From the NCBI GenBank assembly GCA_965200025.1, contig OZ241325.1, positions 1,742,000-1,805,999 of the forward strand: 64,000 nt of DNA. Direction: 5' to 3'. The notes under the pieces were generated by a model. The model was not told where the DNA came from. It saw only the letters and a program-made list of their open reading frames with translations, and ran no database searches. Source of the DNA: Bdellovibrionales bacterium (GTDB lineage: Bacteria > Bdellovibrionota > Bdellovibrionia > Bdellovibrionales > UBA1609). Positions 34,871 to 46,306 of the stretch are shown piece after piece (the stretch's first letter is position 1; each line of letters starts with the position of its first letter). The position numbers were made by a program, and so were the translations under genes.

Positions 34871-35020
34871 TTTATAGACAACCTGTTCTTAATTTATACA
34901 GGACAGACTGAATTTGGAACGGTTATCCAGCCTTTTACAGGAAATCAACAGTTAAGTCCTGTTTTTTGGTTTATATTTTTTTACGCTGTGCAGTGGCAAG
35001 TGTTTTTTTACTGACATAAT

Positions 35021-37870
35021 TTAAGTGAAGAAGGGTTTTAAAAAAGTGCCTGTGACACTTTTTTTGTGGAAGGCCAAATCTTTGGGGCTGCCTTCCGCTG
35101 TGATTTCCCCTCCCCCTTGCCCCGCCCCGGGTCCCATATCCATCACATAGTCTGAGTGTCGGATCAGCTCCAGGTTATGCTCCACCATTAAAACACTGTT
35201 TCCCTGTTGAATGATTTGGTGCAGGACCTGAAGCAAAAGCCTGACCTCCCGAAAGTGAAGCCCCACAGAGGGTTCGTCCAAAATGTAAAGCCCACAGCCC
35301 TTTTCTTTCCCCATAAGCTCCCGGGCCAGTTTTAACCTTTGAGCCTCCCCCCCGGAAAGAGTGGCAAGGTTTTGTCCCAGTATCAGATACTCCAGCCCCA
35401 CCTTCTGAAGCAAACAAAGAGGTCGCCAGATTTGCGGGTAAGAGACAAAAAAATCCATGGCCTGCTGGACAGTCATGCTTAAAATGTTGTGGATGTTTTT
35501 TCCCCTCCATTGAAAATTTAAAATCTCTGAACGAAATCTTTTTCCCTGGCACTCACTGCATGTGAGGCGGACCGGGTCCATAAATATCATTTCAATCTCC
35601 TGATACCCCAGGCCTTTGCATTCAGGACACCTTCCCCCCTCCACATTCAGGCTGAAAAGTCCGGGTCTTAACTCCCCTTCTGAAAGCCTGCTCTTCCCAC
35701 TCACCGCCCGGCTCTGTGTGGCCATCAGGTTTCGAAGGGAATCGTAAAACTTCAGGTAGGTGACAGGAAGACTTTTTTTTGTTTTTTCCACCGGGGAGCT
35801 GTCCACCAGCACCACCCGTTTTAGATGTCCGCTTCCCAAAATTTGTGAATACAGCAGAGGGGGATGAAGGGGCTTTTTCCCCAGTTTTTGAGCCAGGGCG
35901 GGGTAAAGTGTTTGGCTCACCAGGGTGGTTTTGCCTGAACCACTGACCCCCGTAAGAGTCACCATGCGATTTAAGGGAAGAAGAAAATTAATGTTTTTTA
36001 AATTGTGAGACCGGCATCCTGTGATTTTTAAAAAGTACTTGTGACTTTTTTTATCCACCCCCTGGGGGGCAAACAGGGTTTTGATATTTTGTGGATTTAA
36101 AGAGTAACTGGTTTGTGAGTGAGGGGTGTTTAGGAATGTTTCTTTTGTGCCGGAAAACACCACTCTTCCCCCTTTGAGTCCGGAGCCAGGCCCCAGCTCC
36201 ACCACATGGTTGGATTTTTTAATCACCTCGGGGTCGTGTTCCACCACCACCACAGTGTTGCCGGATTCTTTTATTTTTTTCAACAGGTGAATGAGTCTTA
36301 AGGTGTCTTTGGGGTGAAGCCCCACAGTGGGCTCGTCCAGTACATAAAGCACCTGGGAAAGTTTGAGTCCCAGCTGGTGCACCAGATTCAACCTTTGAAA
36401 CTCCCCACTGGAAAGTGATTTCACCTCCCGGTTTAAGTGCAGATAATGAAGCCCTATTCCGCTTAAACCATTTAAAACAAACAAAAGTTTTTTTATCACC
36501 TCCCGGGATTTTTTCATCTCTGAAGGGGTCCACGAAACCCCCTTTAAAAAACGGGTTAAAGACTGAATGTCCCAGGATAAAAGCTCTGGCAGGCTTTTGC
36601 CCCGGAACAAAATGTGCGAAAGCTCAGTCCGAAACCTTTTGCCCTGGCAATGCCCACACACTTTGGGGCTTTTGTATCGAAACAAAAACACCCTCACATG
36701 CATTTTGTATTTTTTGGTTTCCAGGTAATCAAACAAACCCTGAATACCCATAAATTTGCCCGACCAGTATTTTTTGGTTTTAAACTGCCGGGATCCCTGC
36801 CAGATCATTTTCTTATGACGGGAGGGCAGGTTTTTCCACGGGCAGTGAAGGTCAATGGAGTGAAATTTGCAAAACTGTTTTAAGCTTCTGAATTCCATAA
36901 CACAGCTGGGAATGGCAAAAGGGGCTATCGTCCCCTGTGCCAGGGATTTGCCCGGATCGGGAATAATTTTGCTCTCATCCAGGGTCATTTGATTGCCAAA
37001 GCCCTTGCACTCAGGACAGGCCCCCAGGGAAGAGCCGGCACTAAACAGGGAGGGCTGAAGGGGGAGCAAAAAAGTGTAAGCACACAAAGGGCATAAAGGG
37101 TCTTCGCCGAAGTGAAGTGTTTTTCCCTCTGTACTGACAACCTCAAGCCTTCCCTTCCGGCCTTCAGGATTGTATTTCAGGTACCGGGAATAGGCCAGGG
37201 TGCAGGAATCGGTGAGCCGGCTTTTGTCTTCAAAAGCCAGTCTGTCCACAACCACAAACCAGTTTTTGTTTTTGGGCCAGGGGCTTGAACTTCGAAGGTC
37301 GTAAATCACAGGCAGGGCTTTGTTTTTGTCTTTAAAACACAGGCGGTAAAAACCATCTTTTAAGAGTTGTTTTTTAAGTTGTTTTTCCGGCAGGGTTTTG
37401 AGGGAAAGAGGCATCAGAACCATTCCCTTTTTTCCCTTAAAAATCTTTAAAATTTTTGAGGCGGCAAGGGCCGGGGGGTGACAAACAAGGCTCTGGTTTT
37501 TGTGGCGGGGGCAAACTGGCACAGCCAGCCCCACATAAAGAAGACGAAGCAGGTCGGCCACTTCTGTGAGAGTGGCTACCGTGGGACGGGAGGATTTTAC
37601 AGAGTTTCTTTGTTCGAGGGCCAAAGCGGGGGGAATGTTGCTAATGGAGTCCACCAAAGGCTTGGGACATTCCTGAATGTACTGCCGGGCATAATTGGAG
37701 AGGGTTTCTGTATAATTTCTTTGTCCCTCTGCAAACAGGGTTTCAAAAGCCAAAGAGCTTTTGCCTGAACCCGAGGGGCCGCACACCACTGTCAGTTTTC
37801 CCAAAGGGATTTTTACACTCACGGACTTTAAATTATTTTGCCGGGCGTTGGTGATTTCAATGGATTTCAT
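35021..37870 (-). CDS. uvrA: Excinuclease ABC subunit A
   Basis: Two ABC modules (GPSGSGKSSL, GVSGSGKTTL; LSGGE.QR signatures), Zn-finger Cys pairs, 949 aa. Confidence 0.95.
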   Translation of the reverse strand: MKSIEITNARQNNLKSVSVKIPLGKLTVVCGPSGSGKSSLAFETLFAEGQRNYTETLSNYARQYIQECPKPLVDSISNIPPALALEQRNSVKSSRPTVATLTEVADLLRLLYVGLAVPVCPRHKNQSLVCHPPALAASKILKIFKGKKGMVLMPLSLKTLPEKQLKKQLLKDGFYRLCFKDKNKALPVIYDLRSSSPWPKNKNWFVVVDRLAFEDKSRLTDSCTLAYSRYLKYNPEGRKGRLEVVSTEGKTLHFGEDPLCPLCAYTFLLPLQPSLFSAGSSLGACPECKGFGNQMTLDESKIIPDPGKSLAQGTIAPFAIPSCVMEFRSLKQFCKFHSIDLHCPWKNLPSRHKKMIWQGSRQFKTKKYWSGKFMGIQGLFDYLETKKYKMHVRVFLFRYKSPKVCGHCQGKRFRTELSHILFRGKSLPELLSWDIQSLTRFLKGVSWTPSEMKKSREVIKKLLFVLNGLSGIGLHYLHLNREVKSLSSGEFQRLNLVHQLGLKLSQVLYVLDEPTVGLHPKDTLRLIHLLKKIKESGNTVVVVEHDPEVIKKSNHVVELGPGSGLKGGRVVFSGTKETFLNTPHSQTSYSLNPQNIKTLFAPQGVDKKSHKYFLKITGCRSHNLKNINFLLPLNRMVTLTGVSGSGKTTLVSQTLYPALAQKLGKKPLHPPLLYSQILGSGHLKRVVLVDSSPVEKTKKSLPVTYLKFYDSLRNLMATQSRAVSGKSRLSEGELRPGLFSLNVEGGRCPECKGLGYQEIEMIFMDPVRLTCSECQGKRFRSEILNFQWRGKNIHNILSMTVQQAMDFFVSYPQIWRPLCLLQKVGLEYLILGQNLATLSGGEAQRLKLARELMGKEKGCGLYILDEPSVGLHFREVRLLLQVLHQIIQQGNSVLMVEHNLELIRHSDYVMDMGPGAGQGGGEITAEGSPKDLAFHKKSVTGTFLKPFFT

Positions 37871-37884
37871 AAAAACTCTCTACC

Positions 37885-40554
37885 TTATAGTCCTTCTCTT
37901 AAAAAATCCTGGTCCTGTAAAGTTTTTATTTCCTCCTCTTCGGCCTCCTGGGGTTGGGAACCCTCCACAAAAGCCTGTACCACCACCTGTTTGGAGGAGG
38001 GGCTGACGAGACCCCCGGTCTGGTTGTCAATACGGGTAAAAACAATCCCCTCCGGCACTTTAAAATCTTCCGGGTCCTGATCCTTGTGGGCAGATTCCAT
38101 AAAGGCTTTCCATACGGGAAGGGCTGCTCTTGCCCCACTTTCCCCCTGGCCCAGGCTTTGCTCGTTGTCAAAACCCACCCAGACCCCCACCACCAGCCCT
38201 GAGGAGTATCCCACAAACCATCCGTCGTGGTAATTGTTGGTGGTTCCCGTTTTACCTGCCACCGGCCATTTTAAATCTCTGGCGGAAAAGCCCGTTCCTC
38301 CCGGCTCTTTAATGGCGGCCCTTAACAAAGAACTGATTAAAAAGGCGGTTTTTTCTGATATCAGTTGATCCTCTTCCTTAAAAAAGAAGGGGGGAGCAGA
38401 GGGTTTTTGGCTGGGTATTTCCTCAAAAGCCGGGGTGGGCTGACTTAAAAACTTCTGCCTTCGGGCTTCCATCTCCTCCTGAAAGGGGTGTATTTGATCG
38501 GAAAAATACTCATCCATGCTTAAAGAGGATAAAACTGCCTGCCCTTCAGGGCTCAGGACCTGGCGTATCAACAGGGGATGAATGCTTTTTCCCAGCCTCC
38601 CAAAAACAGAAAACACTTTTGTGATCTCATACAGGGTGACACTGCTGGAGCCTAAGGCCAGTGTGTAGTCCGGGTTTAAAGGGCTGAAGATGCCAAGCCT
38701 TCGGGCGTAATCCAGCACCCAGGGAATACTTAAGCTTTCAATAAGTTTCACAGTGGGAATGTTGATGGAACGGATAAGGGCATTTCTCAGTAAAATATCT
38801 CCGGAAAAATGACGGCCATAATTACCGGGTTTCCACTTTTTGACTTCTTCTTCAGCGGGCTTTGTGTCTTCCTCCTCCTCAAAACCTTGGGGGGAGGGGG
38901 TGTTTTCGCTTAAGGGCTTTGGTGTTTGCTCTTCGGCCTCCTCCTCGTTATAGACCAAAGGGGCATCGGTAATCACACTGGCGGGGTGAAAGCCCCCATC
39001 CAGGGCTGCTGTATAAACAATGGGTTTAAAAACCGAACCTGTGCTTCGTTTGGCCTGATAGACCCGGTTAAACTGGGAGCGGTTAAAATCATAACCCCCC
39101 ACAAGGGCTACAATATCCCCTGTTTTTTGATCAAAAGCCACTAAGGCCCCTTCCACCACAGGCTTTTGTTCCAAAGACAAAAGCAGATGGGGGGGGCTTG
39201 TAAATTTTATTTTTTTGAGTTTTTTGGCTTCTTCCGGTGAAAAAGGACTTAAGGCTTTTACCCATATCACATCCCCGGGTTTTAAAACATTTGCAAGCTT
39301 TAAGTCCGGCCGGAAGTGTTGGGACTTTAAAGCCCAGTTCATGTTTTCTTTGGGAATAAAGCCTGTTTGTTCAAAAGGAAGCCGGACCATTAAACCCTCT
39401 TCAAACACTTCACTCACAACCGCTTTGACATCCTCTTTGGGAAAATACTTTTCTTTTAAAATGGGGGTTTGGGCTTGTGCCTCTCCTGCGGGTTGGAGTG
39501 TGTAAAACACCGGTACAGGGCTTTGCTCTTTGGTTTGTTGTGTTAAAAAACTTTGAATTTCTTCCGGGCTTTTTAAATGCATCAGAGGACCCGGAAAGCC
39601 CCGTCTTTTGCTTAAAGCCTTCAGGCCTTCCCTGAGAGTTTTACGGGCCAAAAGCTGCAAGTCAAAATCCATGGCGGTGTGAATGCTTAAGCCCCCTTTT
39701 TTTAAAATATCCCCTCCCAGTTTTTTTTGCAGAATTTTATTTAAGGCCTCCAGATAGTAAGGGGCTTTTTGGTGGCTTTGCTCTTTGGTATAAACTGTGA
39801 GGGGGCTTTGAAGGGCTGAAGCTTTTTCCTCTTCTGTGATGTAATCCTCCTCTGCCATTCTGTTGAGGACATAAATTTGTCTCTGTTTGGCTTTTTTGGG
39901 GTTATAAATGGGGGAAAATCTGCTGGGGGCCTGAGTAAGCCCCGCCAGCAGGGCACACTCCTTAAGGCTTAAGTTTTTGACATCTTTTTTAAAATAAGTG
40001 CGGGCTGCCATCCCCACCCCATAAGCCCCCTGGCCCAGGTAAATCTGGTTCAGGTAAAGGTATAGGATTTCCTCTTTGCTTAAGCGTTTTTCCATTTGCA
40101 GGGAAAGCAGGGCCTCTTTGAGTTTGCGGGTGTAGGTTTTTTCTGAAGAAAGCATAAGAGATCTTGCCACCTGTTGGGTGATGGTGGAACCACCCTGGAC
40201 TTTTCTTCCCGCTTTGAGGTTGGCCAAAAAAGCCCTGAAAATGGCTTTGATATTCAGACCCCTGTGTTGAAAAAACTGGCCGTCCTCCGCGGCTATAAAA
40301 GCCTGCATCAGACAGGGGGGAAAGTCCTGGTAGGGAACCAGAACTCTTCGCTCTTCAAAAAACTCCCCCACTTTGACCCCTTTTCGGTCCAGCACCAAAG
40401 AAGTCAAGGGGGGGTGGTAGTCTTTCAGAGTCGTCAGCCGGGGCAGGCTTTTATAAATAAAAACCCCATAAGCCAGTAAGGCCACCGCCCCGCCCAAAAA
40501 AAGAAGGGATGGGAGAATAAAAAGTGCTGTGTGTTTTTGAGGCATAACCCGCAA
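37885..40554 (-). CDS. mrcA: Class A penicillin-binding protein (PBP1A-type glycosyltransferase plus transpeptidase)
   Basis: GT51 motifs (IAAEDGQFFQHRG, GGSTITQQ, RKLKE). Transpeptidase STGSVFKP, and KTGTTN. Confidence 0.9.
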   Translation of the reverse strand: MRVMPQKHTALFILPSLLFLGGAVALLAYGVFIYKSLPRLTTLKDYHPPLTSLVLDRKGVKVGEFFEERRVLVPYQDFPPCLMQAFIAAEDGQFFQHRGLNIKAIFRAFLANLKAGRKVQGGSTITQQVARSLMLSSEKTYTRKLKEALLSLQMEKRLSKEEILYLYLNQIYLGQGAYGVGMAARTYFKKDVKNLSLKECALLAGLTQAPSRFSPIYNPKKAKQRQIYVLNRMAEEDYITEEEKASALQSPLTVYTKEQSHQKAPYYLEALNKILQKKLGGDILKKGGLSIHTAMDFDLQLLARKTLREGLKALSKRRGFPGPLMHLKSPEEIQSFLTQQTKEQSPVPVFYTLQPAGEAQAQTPILKEKYFPKEDVKAVVSEVFEEGLMVRLPFEQTGFIPKENMNWALKSQHFRPDLKLANVLKPGDVIWVKALSPFSPEEAKKLKKIKFTSPPHLLLSLEQKPVVEGALVAFDQKTGDIVALVGGYDFNRSQFNRVYQAKRSTGSVFKPIVYTAALDGGFHPASVITDAPLVYNEEEAEEQTPKPLSENTPSPQGFEEEEDTKPAEEEVKKWKPGNYGRHFSGDILLRNALIRSINIPTVKLIESLSIPWVLDYARRLGIFSPLNPDYTLALGSSSVTLYEITKVFSVFGRLGKSIHPLLIRQVLSPEGQAVLSSLSMDEYFSDQIHPFQEEMEARRQKFLSQPTPAFEEIPSQKPSAPPFFFKEEDQLISEKTAFLISSLLRAAIKEPGGTGFSARDLKWPVAGKTGTTNNYHDGWFVGYSSGLVVGVWVGFDNEQSLGQGESGARAALPVWKAFMESAHKDQDPEDFKVPEGIVFTRIDNQTGGLVSPSSKQVVVQAFVEGSQPQEAEEEEIKTLQDQDFLREGL

Positions 40555-40586
40555 CTTGTATCACAAAGTGCAGGTTTTTGTCTCTC

Positions 40587-41063
40587 TTAATATACGCAAG
40601 AAGGGTCTTCAGACCATGGGTCGGTATAAAAATAAAGTCTATAATCCCCCACAGCCATGTATTTGGTTTCATCCTGAAGGGTGACTTTTTTAACATCCAT
40701 CAGGCTTTCGGCTGCGTGCTTTTTGTCAGCATTGGCTTTACTGTTAAAAAGCCAGAAAACAGCCTGCCCTGTGTGCGTGTGCGTTTTGTTCTTTAGGGTA
40801 AAAACACAGTTGTAAGCGTTGTCAGGAAATACAGGATTTCCCAGTGTTTTGCGAATCCACATGGCCAGGTTTTCTGCCGCGTGTCTCGATCTTTTCGATG
40901 TGACGTGTGATATATTACAAAGCTTCCATGAGGAATCGAAGTTTTTCTGCAGGGTTAAATTCGCAAAAATAATGCAGTGGTTTTGAATCTTGGTGACAAC
41001 AGTGGCAAAAGCCGGAAAGCTCAATACACCTGTCATCAATACGCAAAAGATTTTTGTTTTCAT
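40587..41063 (-). CDS. Hypothetical secreted protein
   Basis: 158-aa ORF with a signal peptide (MKTKIFCVLMTGVLSFPAFA). No recognisable domain. Confidence 0.4.
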   Translation of the reverse strand: MKTKIFCVLMTGVLSFPAFATVVTKIQNHCIIFANLTLQKNFDSSWKLCNISHVTSKRSRHAAENLAMWIRKTLGNPVFPDNAYNCVFTLKNKTHTHTGQAVFWLFNSKANADKKHAAESLMDVKKVTLQDETKYMAVGDYRLYFYTDPWSEDPSCVY

Positions 41064-41327
41064 TATTTTACCTTTCTTTTAGTGGTTTTTTTGGTTGAAT
41101 AAGGCTCAATAAGCCCTCAAAAATCATCATACCCCCCCCCATTTTTTTTCAAACTTTTTATTTTTGGCTTTTTTACCCCTTTCCTTTTATCTGTGTTTCC
41201 CCGGAAAATCAGGATTTTGTGGTTTTTCTGAGTGTATGAAAATGAGACACTTTTACAAAAACAGAACAGTTTAAAATTTTGGAATCATTAAATTTTTTTG
41301 TTTTTAAAAAAATTTTCACAGAAAACC

Positions 41328-41356
41328 TTGACAAAAAGGGCTTTGATTTCATATTT
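41328..41356 (+). promoter_or_regulatory. Candidate sigma70-like promoter for groES-groEL
   Basis: TTGACA (41328-41333), 17 nt, ATATTT (41351-41356), about 85 nt upstream of the groES ATG. Confidence 0.4.
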
Positions 41357-41363
41357 TTGCCGT

Positions 41364-41393
41364 CCTGAGTCATAAATTATGACCCTCAGGGTC
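41364..41393 (+). promoter_or_regulatory. Inverted repeats in the groES leader (possible operator or RNA hairpin)
   Basis: cctgagtcat / atgaccctcagg is an imperfect inverted repeat. It overlaps a perfect 6-1-6 palindrome gaccct-c-agggtc at 41381-41393. Confidence 0.25.
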
Positions 41394-41439
41394 AAAAGCA
41401 TAAAAAAACCCTCTTAAATTGTCATGAAAGGAGAACACA

Positions 41440-41733
41440 ATGGAAATGAATATTCGTCCCTTACACGATCGTATTATTGTCCGGCGTTTGGCCGAGGAGG
41501 ACAAAACCCGCGGGGGTATTATTATCCCTGACACCGCCAAGGAAAAGCCCCAAAGGGGCAAGGTGGTTTCCACGGGCAAAGGTCGTATGACCGATGAGGG
41601 CAAGCGGCTTTCTTTGGAGGTCAAACCGGGTGATGAAGTTCTTTTTGGCAAATACTCCGGCACTGAGTTCAAAATGGGGGAGGAAGAGCTTTTGATGATG
41701 AGAGAGGAAGATATTTACGGAGTGGTCAATTAA
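41440..41733 (+). CDS. groES: Co-chaperonin GroES
   Basis: [33 protein letters not shown], 97 aa. Confidence 0.95.
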   Translation: MEMNIRPLHDRIIVRRLAEEDKTRGGIIIPDTAKEKPQRGKVVSTGKGRMTDEGKRLSLEVKPGDEVLFGKYSGTEFKMGEEELLMMREEDIYGVVN

Positions 41734-43458
<1,725 letters not shown>

Positions 43459-43496
43459 AAAAAAAGCGTATTTTACGACACATTATACTCAAAAAA

Positions 43497-43537
43497 GCCC
43501 CGCAGGTTTTTAGCCAGCCTGCGGGCTTTTTTTTTTA
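43497..43537 (+). terminator. Rho-independent terminator after groEL
   Basis: Stem gcccgcagg (43498-43506) pairs with cctgcgggc (43518-43526), followed by a T-run. Confidence 0.7.
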
Positions 43538-43561
43538 AAAGTATAAACCGATACATAAAGT

Positions 43562-43945
43562 ATGAAAAAGCCAGTCCAATTGCTTTGTCTGGAAGATGCC
43601 CCCTTTATGAGGAAACTTTTAAAGCAAATCCTTTCTGGTACACAAATACAAATTTTGGGATTTCACGATACAGAATCAGGACTTTTATCCAGTTTAAGCC
43701 AGCACTCCCCCGATATTGTGTTAATGGATCTGGTTTTGCCAGGGCTTAATTCCCTGACTTTGATACAAAAAATCCGAAGGCACTATCCTCACCTGTTTAT
43801 TGTTGTGGTATCCAGTTTAAAGGATGAAAACATTTTGTCTGAGGTGTTTATGGCGGGTGTGCACGATTTTATAGCCAAACCTTTCAAAGTGGCGGAGTTG
43901 TTGGGTGCCTTGCACCAGCTTGCTGCCCGGAGATCTGTGGCATGA
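43562..43945 (+). CDS. Stand-alone response regulator receiver (CheY-like)
   Basis: Acidic pocket LEDAP, phospho-acceptor context DIVLMDLVLPG, conserved VVVSS and IAKPF. Confidence 0.8.
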   Translation: MKKPVQLLCLEDAPFMRKLLKQILSGTQIQILGFHDTESGLLSSLSQHSPDIVLMDLVLPGLNSLTLIQKIRRHYPHLFIVVVSSLKDENILSEVFMAGVHDFIAKPFKVAELLGALHQLAARRSVA

Positions 43946-44265
43946 GAATTTTTGTTTCCGCCCCCTCTGTTTTGCTTTTGTGTCTCAGGTTTTTGGTGTT
44001 TCTTCTGAAAGTGGCCCTGGCGGCTTTGTTTGTGATGTTTCTTCAAATACAGATAGGACAAAAAACCCTGGAGCAGTGGATGGAGGAGGGGCTTCGCCAC
44101 TCTGCTTTCAGTCAAATGGTGCGGGAAAAACTCTTACCCGCCAGTATAAGAGACAAATATGTAAAACCTGCCCCCCTGTCCAGTATGGAAAATATTATCA
44201 AAAAAAACACAGAGATTTTAAATGAAGCCAGCCAGCAGCTCAAAGAGGATATAAAAGATTTTTAA
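43942..44265 (+). CDS. Hypothetical membrane protein
   Basis: 107-aa ORF with an N-terminal hydrophobic segment. Start overlaps the upstream stop (ATGA). Confidence 0.35.
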   Translation: MRIFVSAPSVLLLCLRFLVFLLKVALAALFVMFLQIQIGQKTLEQWMEEGLRHSAFSQMVREKLLPASIRDKYVKPAPLSSMENIIKKNTEILNEASQQLKEDIKDF

Positions 44266-44319
44266 GTGTCCTTAAGTCCAGAATATCCTGATTTTACATA
44301 CAAGTCTTTATGGTTTTGA

Positions 44320-45528
44320 TTGTATAAACACATTATGAGGGCGGTTTTTTTTCTTCGGTGGTTTTTGGGGGCTATAGCCTTCATCGGGCTTTTAAGCTGT
44401 GGTACACAAACAGACTTTTATGCCAGCAACACTCCGGAAGAGTATGAGGAAAGCCCTCCCCAGGGGAGGAGACCTCTTGCCAGTAAAAAATCTCCCGCTT
44501 GCAAGGGAAAAGCCTGCCGGAAAGCAAAAAAAAGACCTGAAAAATTTAAAAAACCTGATCTTTTTGAAGAACATTTTACCATTGGGGATAAAAAAGATTT
44601 GGAGATTTTACTGGTGGTGGACACATCCTCTTCCATGGATAAAAATTTAAAGAAAATGGGGCAAAATCTTTCTGCTTTGTTGTCTCATATCAGGGATAAA
44701 AAATGGAGAATGGCTTTTACCTCTGCGGACCATGGGGATCATTTTACACAGCAGACCTCTCCCCGGTGGCGGCAGTACCGGGGGGAGTTTCCAAAGTACG
44801 GCAAGTTTATGTTTTTGGAAAAAGAGGGGGAGGTTTTAAAGAAAAAAATTCTTTACCACCACCGCCCGGATGTGGCCCGGATTTTTGAAGACACCCTGAC
44901 CAGAAAGTCCCCCCGGGAGTGTTCTCTACCCCCTTACTGCCAAAGCTACAATGAACAACCTTTGCGTTCTTTAAAGGCGGCCCTTCAAAGGGCTGCCACC
45001 GACCGGGTTCATAAAGAGTTTTTTAAAGATCAAACAGATACCGTGGTGATTATTATCACCGATGAGGATGAGCGAAGAGCGGATCCGGAAAACGCCACCC
45101 GGGCCGAAGAGGTCATTGGCACTTACAAGCAGGTTTTTAAAGGCCGTGGCAAAAGGCTTTTTGGTTTTACCATTAGCGTGCAGGATCAAAAATGCTACGA
45201 CAGGGAAAGCAAAGGCCCCTGGTTTTTTAAAACCCAGGGGGTGGCTTTTGGAAGAATCATAGCCAGACTTCCCGATCTGACCGGGGGTAAAAACATATCC
45301 CTTTGTGCCAAATATGGCCCGGCCCTCACCTCTCTTTCCAAAGTGAGCAGAAAGCTGGTGCATTCCCTAACCCTTCAAAAACTGCTTTACATTCCCGACA
45401 CAGTTCAGGTGCGGCTCAACCCCCCCCAGCCCCGTGTGTCTTACAGTCTGAAAGGCAGAAGCATTGTCTTCTCTGATGATATTTTGGTGGGAACAGAGGT
45501 CCGGGTGCGTTACCGGTATGAGCAATAG
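44320..45528 (+). CDS. vWA-domain lipoprotein
   Basis: Lipobox LLSC. MIDAS-like LLVVDTSSSMD. Downstream VVIIITDEDE. Confidence 0.55.
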   Translation: MYKHIMRAVFFLRWFLGAIAFIGLLSCGTQTDFYASNTPEEYEESPPQGRRPLASKKSPACKGKACRKAKKRPEKFKKPDLFEEHFTIGDKKDLEILLVVDTSSSMDKNLKKMGQNLSALLSHIRDKKWRMAFTSADHGDHFTQQTSPRWRQYRGEFPKYGKFMFLEKEGEVLKKKILYHHRPDVARIFEDTLTRKSPRECSLPPYCQSYNEQPLRSLKAALQRAATDRVHKEFFKDQTDTVVIIITDEDERRADPENATRAEEVIGTYKQVFKGRGKRLFGFTISVQDQKCYDRESKGPWFFKTQGVAFGRIIARLPDLTGGKNISLCAKYGPALTSLSKVSRKLVHSLTLQKLLYIPDTVQVRLNPPQPRVSYSLKGRSIVFSDDILVGTEVRVRYRYEQ

Positions 45529-45656
45529 TTTTTGGCCCTGTTTTTTTAACAGGGAAGAGATAAAAAATTTTGATTTTTTTTGATTTTTTCCGATACAATA
45601 AGAGTATGGGGCCAAAAAAAAGGGCCGGGAATTTTTTTTTAACAAGGAGAACAGTT

Positions 45657-45905
45657 ATGAAAACATTTTTAACAATGGCGGTGGGAACCTTGGCTTTGTG
45701 GGTTTTTAATGTGGGGGCGGTAGGTGTGCTGGCCGGGGAAAAGGAAAAGGCTGTGGCCTGTACAGCTGCACCAGAGAGTACAGGGAAAGAGGCTGCCCGG
45801 GACATCAACTGTGAGCAGATTGTCAGAGAGGTGACTTCAGGCATGGACGAGCCTGCCCCCTCTCAGGATGCCTCCCCGGCTTCCAGCGGAGCTGCCAGCC
45901 AGTAA
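45657..45905 (+). CDS. Small secreted hypothetical protein
   Basis: ATG preceded by AGGAGA at 6-nt spacing. Signal peptide MKTFLTMAVGTLALWVF. Two Cys residues and an acidic/Ser-rich tail. Confidence 0.4.
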   Translation: MKTFLTMAVGTLALWVFNVGAVGVLAGEKEKAVACTAAPESTGKEAARDINCEQIVREVTSGMDEPAPSQDASPASSGAASQ

Positions 45906-46094
45906 AAAAGCTTTCCCATTAGGGGGTTTAAAAGGGTAAAAAAGACACTTTTTGAACTCTTAAGGGCTTAAAAAAGCCCTGTATTTCTTAATCTTTTTAA
46001 AAAAACGGCTTTTGTTTCTGGACAGAGGCTGTTTTTTTTAATAGGAAATAACTCCCTTTTTAAAAAAAAATTTAATAATCAAGGAGAAAGCAAA

Positions 46095-46277
46095 ATGTCT
46101 TTAATTATTGTTAAGAAAACAAAAGATCTCTTTAAAGCCCATGGGCTGAAAACCTCTGATGAGGCTGTTCGGGTTTTAAACGAGGAGTTTAAAAAAATGT
46201 GTGAAAAAACCGCTGACACTGTACTGACCAACAAACTGAAAACAGTGAAGGGGGCTCATGTACCAAAACTGTCTTAG
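46095..46277 (+). CDS. 60-aa histone-fold-like small DNA-binding protein candidate (bacterial singlet histone / DUF1931-like)
   Basis: RBS AAGGAGA. A helix, loop, long helix, loop pattern: KKTKDLFKAHG, LKTSDEA, VRVLNEEFKKMCEKTADTVLTN, KLKTVKGAHV. It aligns by eye with the archaeal HMf landmarks ..RVSDDA.. and ..GRKTIKAEDI... Confidence 0.45.
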   Translation: MSLIIVKKTKDLFKAHGLKTSDEAVRVLNEEFKKMCEKTADTVLTNKLKTVKGAHVPKLS

Positions 46278-46306
46278 GCAGAGTGACTCCTAAAACCATG
46301 GGCCTT

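Noticed and set aside
35175-36883. Several 89-125-aa ORFs on both strands within uvrA.
   Set aside because: They overlap the continuous 949-aa UvrA frame, have Gly/Pro-rich translations and no motifs.
41132-41149. A C9 run followed by a T8 run upstream of the 158-aa secreted-protein gene, as a possible phase-variable promoter.
   Set aside because: Homopolymers of this length are common throughout the window, including in core genes, and no promoter elements could be placed around the tract.
41064-41439. Search for a CIRCE (HrcA) operator upstream of groES.
   Set aside because: No TTAGCACTC-N9-GAGTGCTAA-like sequence is visible on either strand. Only unrelated palindromes are present, and these are reported separately.
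45416-45844. 142-aa minus-strand ORF, and the long 45570 start of the plus-strand ORF.
   Set aside because: The minus-strand ORF overlaps the 3' end of the vWA gene and has no motifs. For the plus-strand ORF, only the ATG at 45657 has an RBS and yields a signal peptide.
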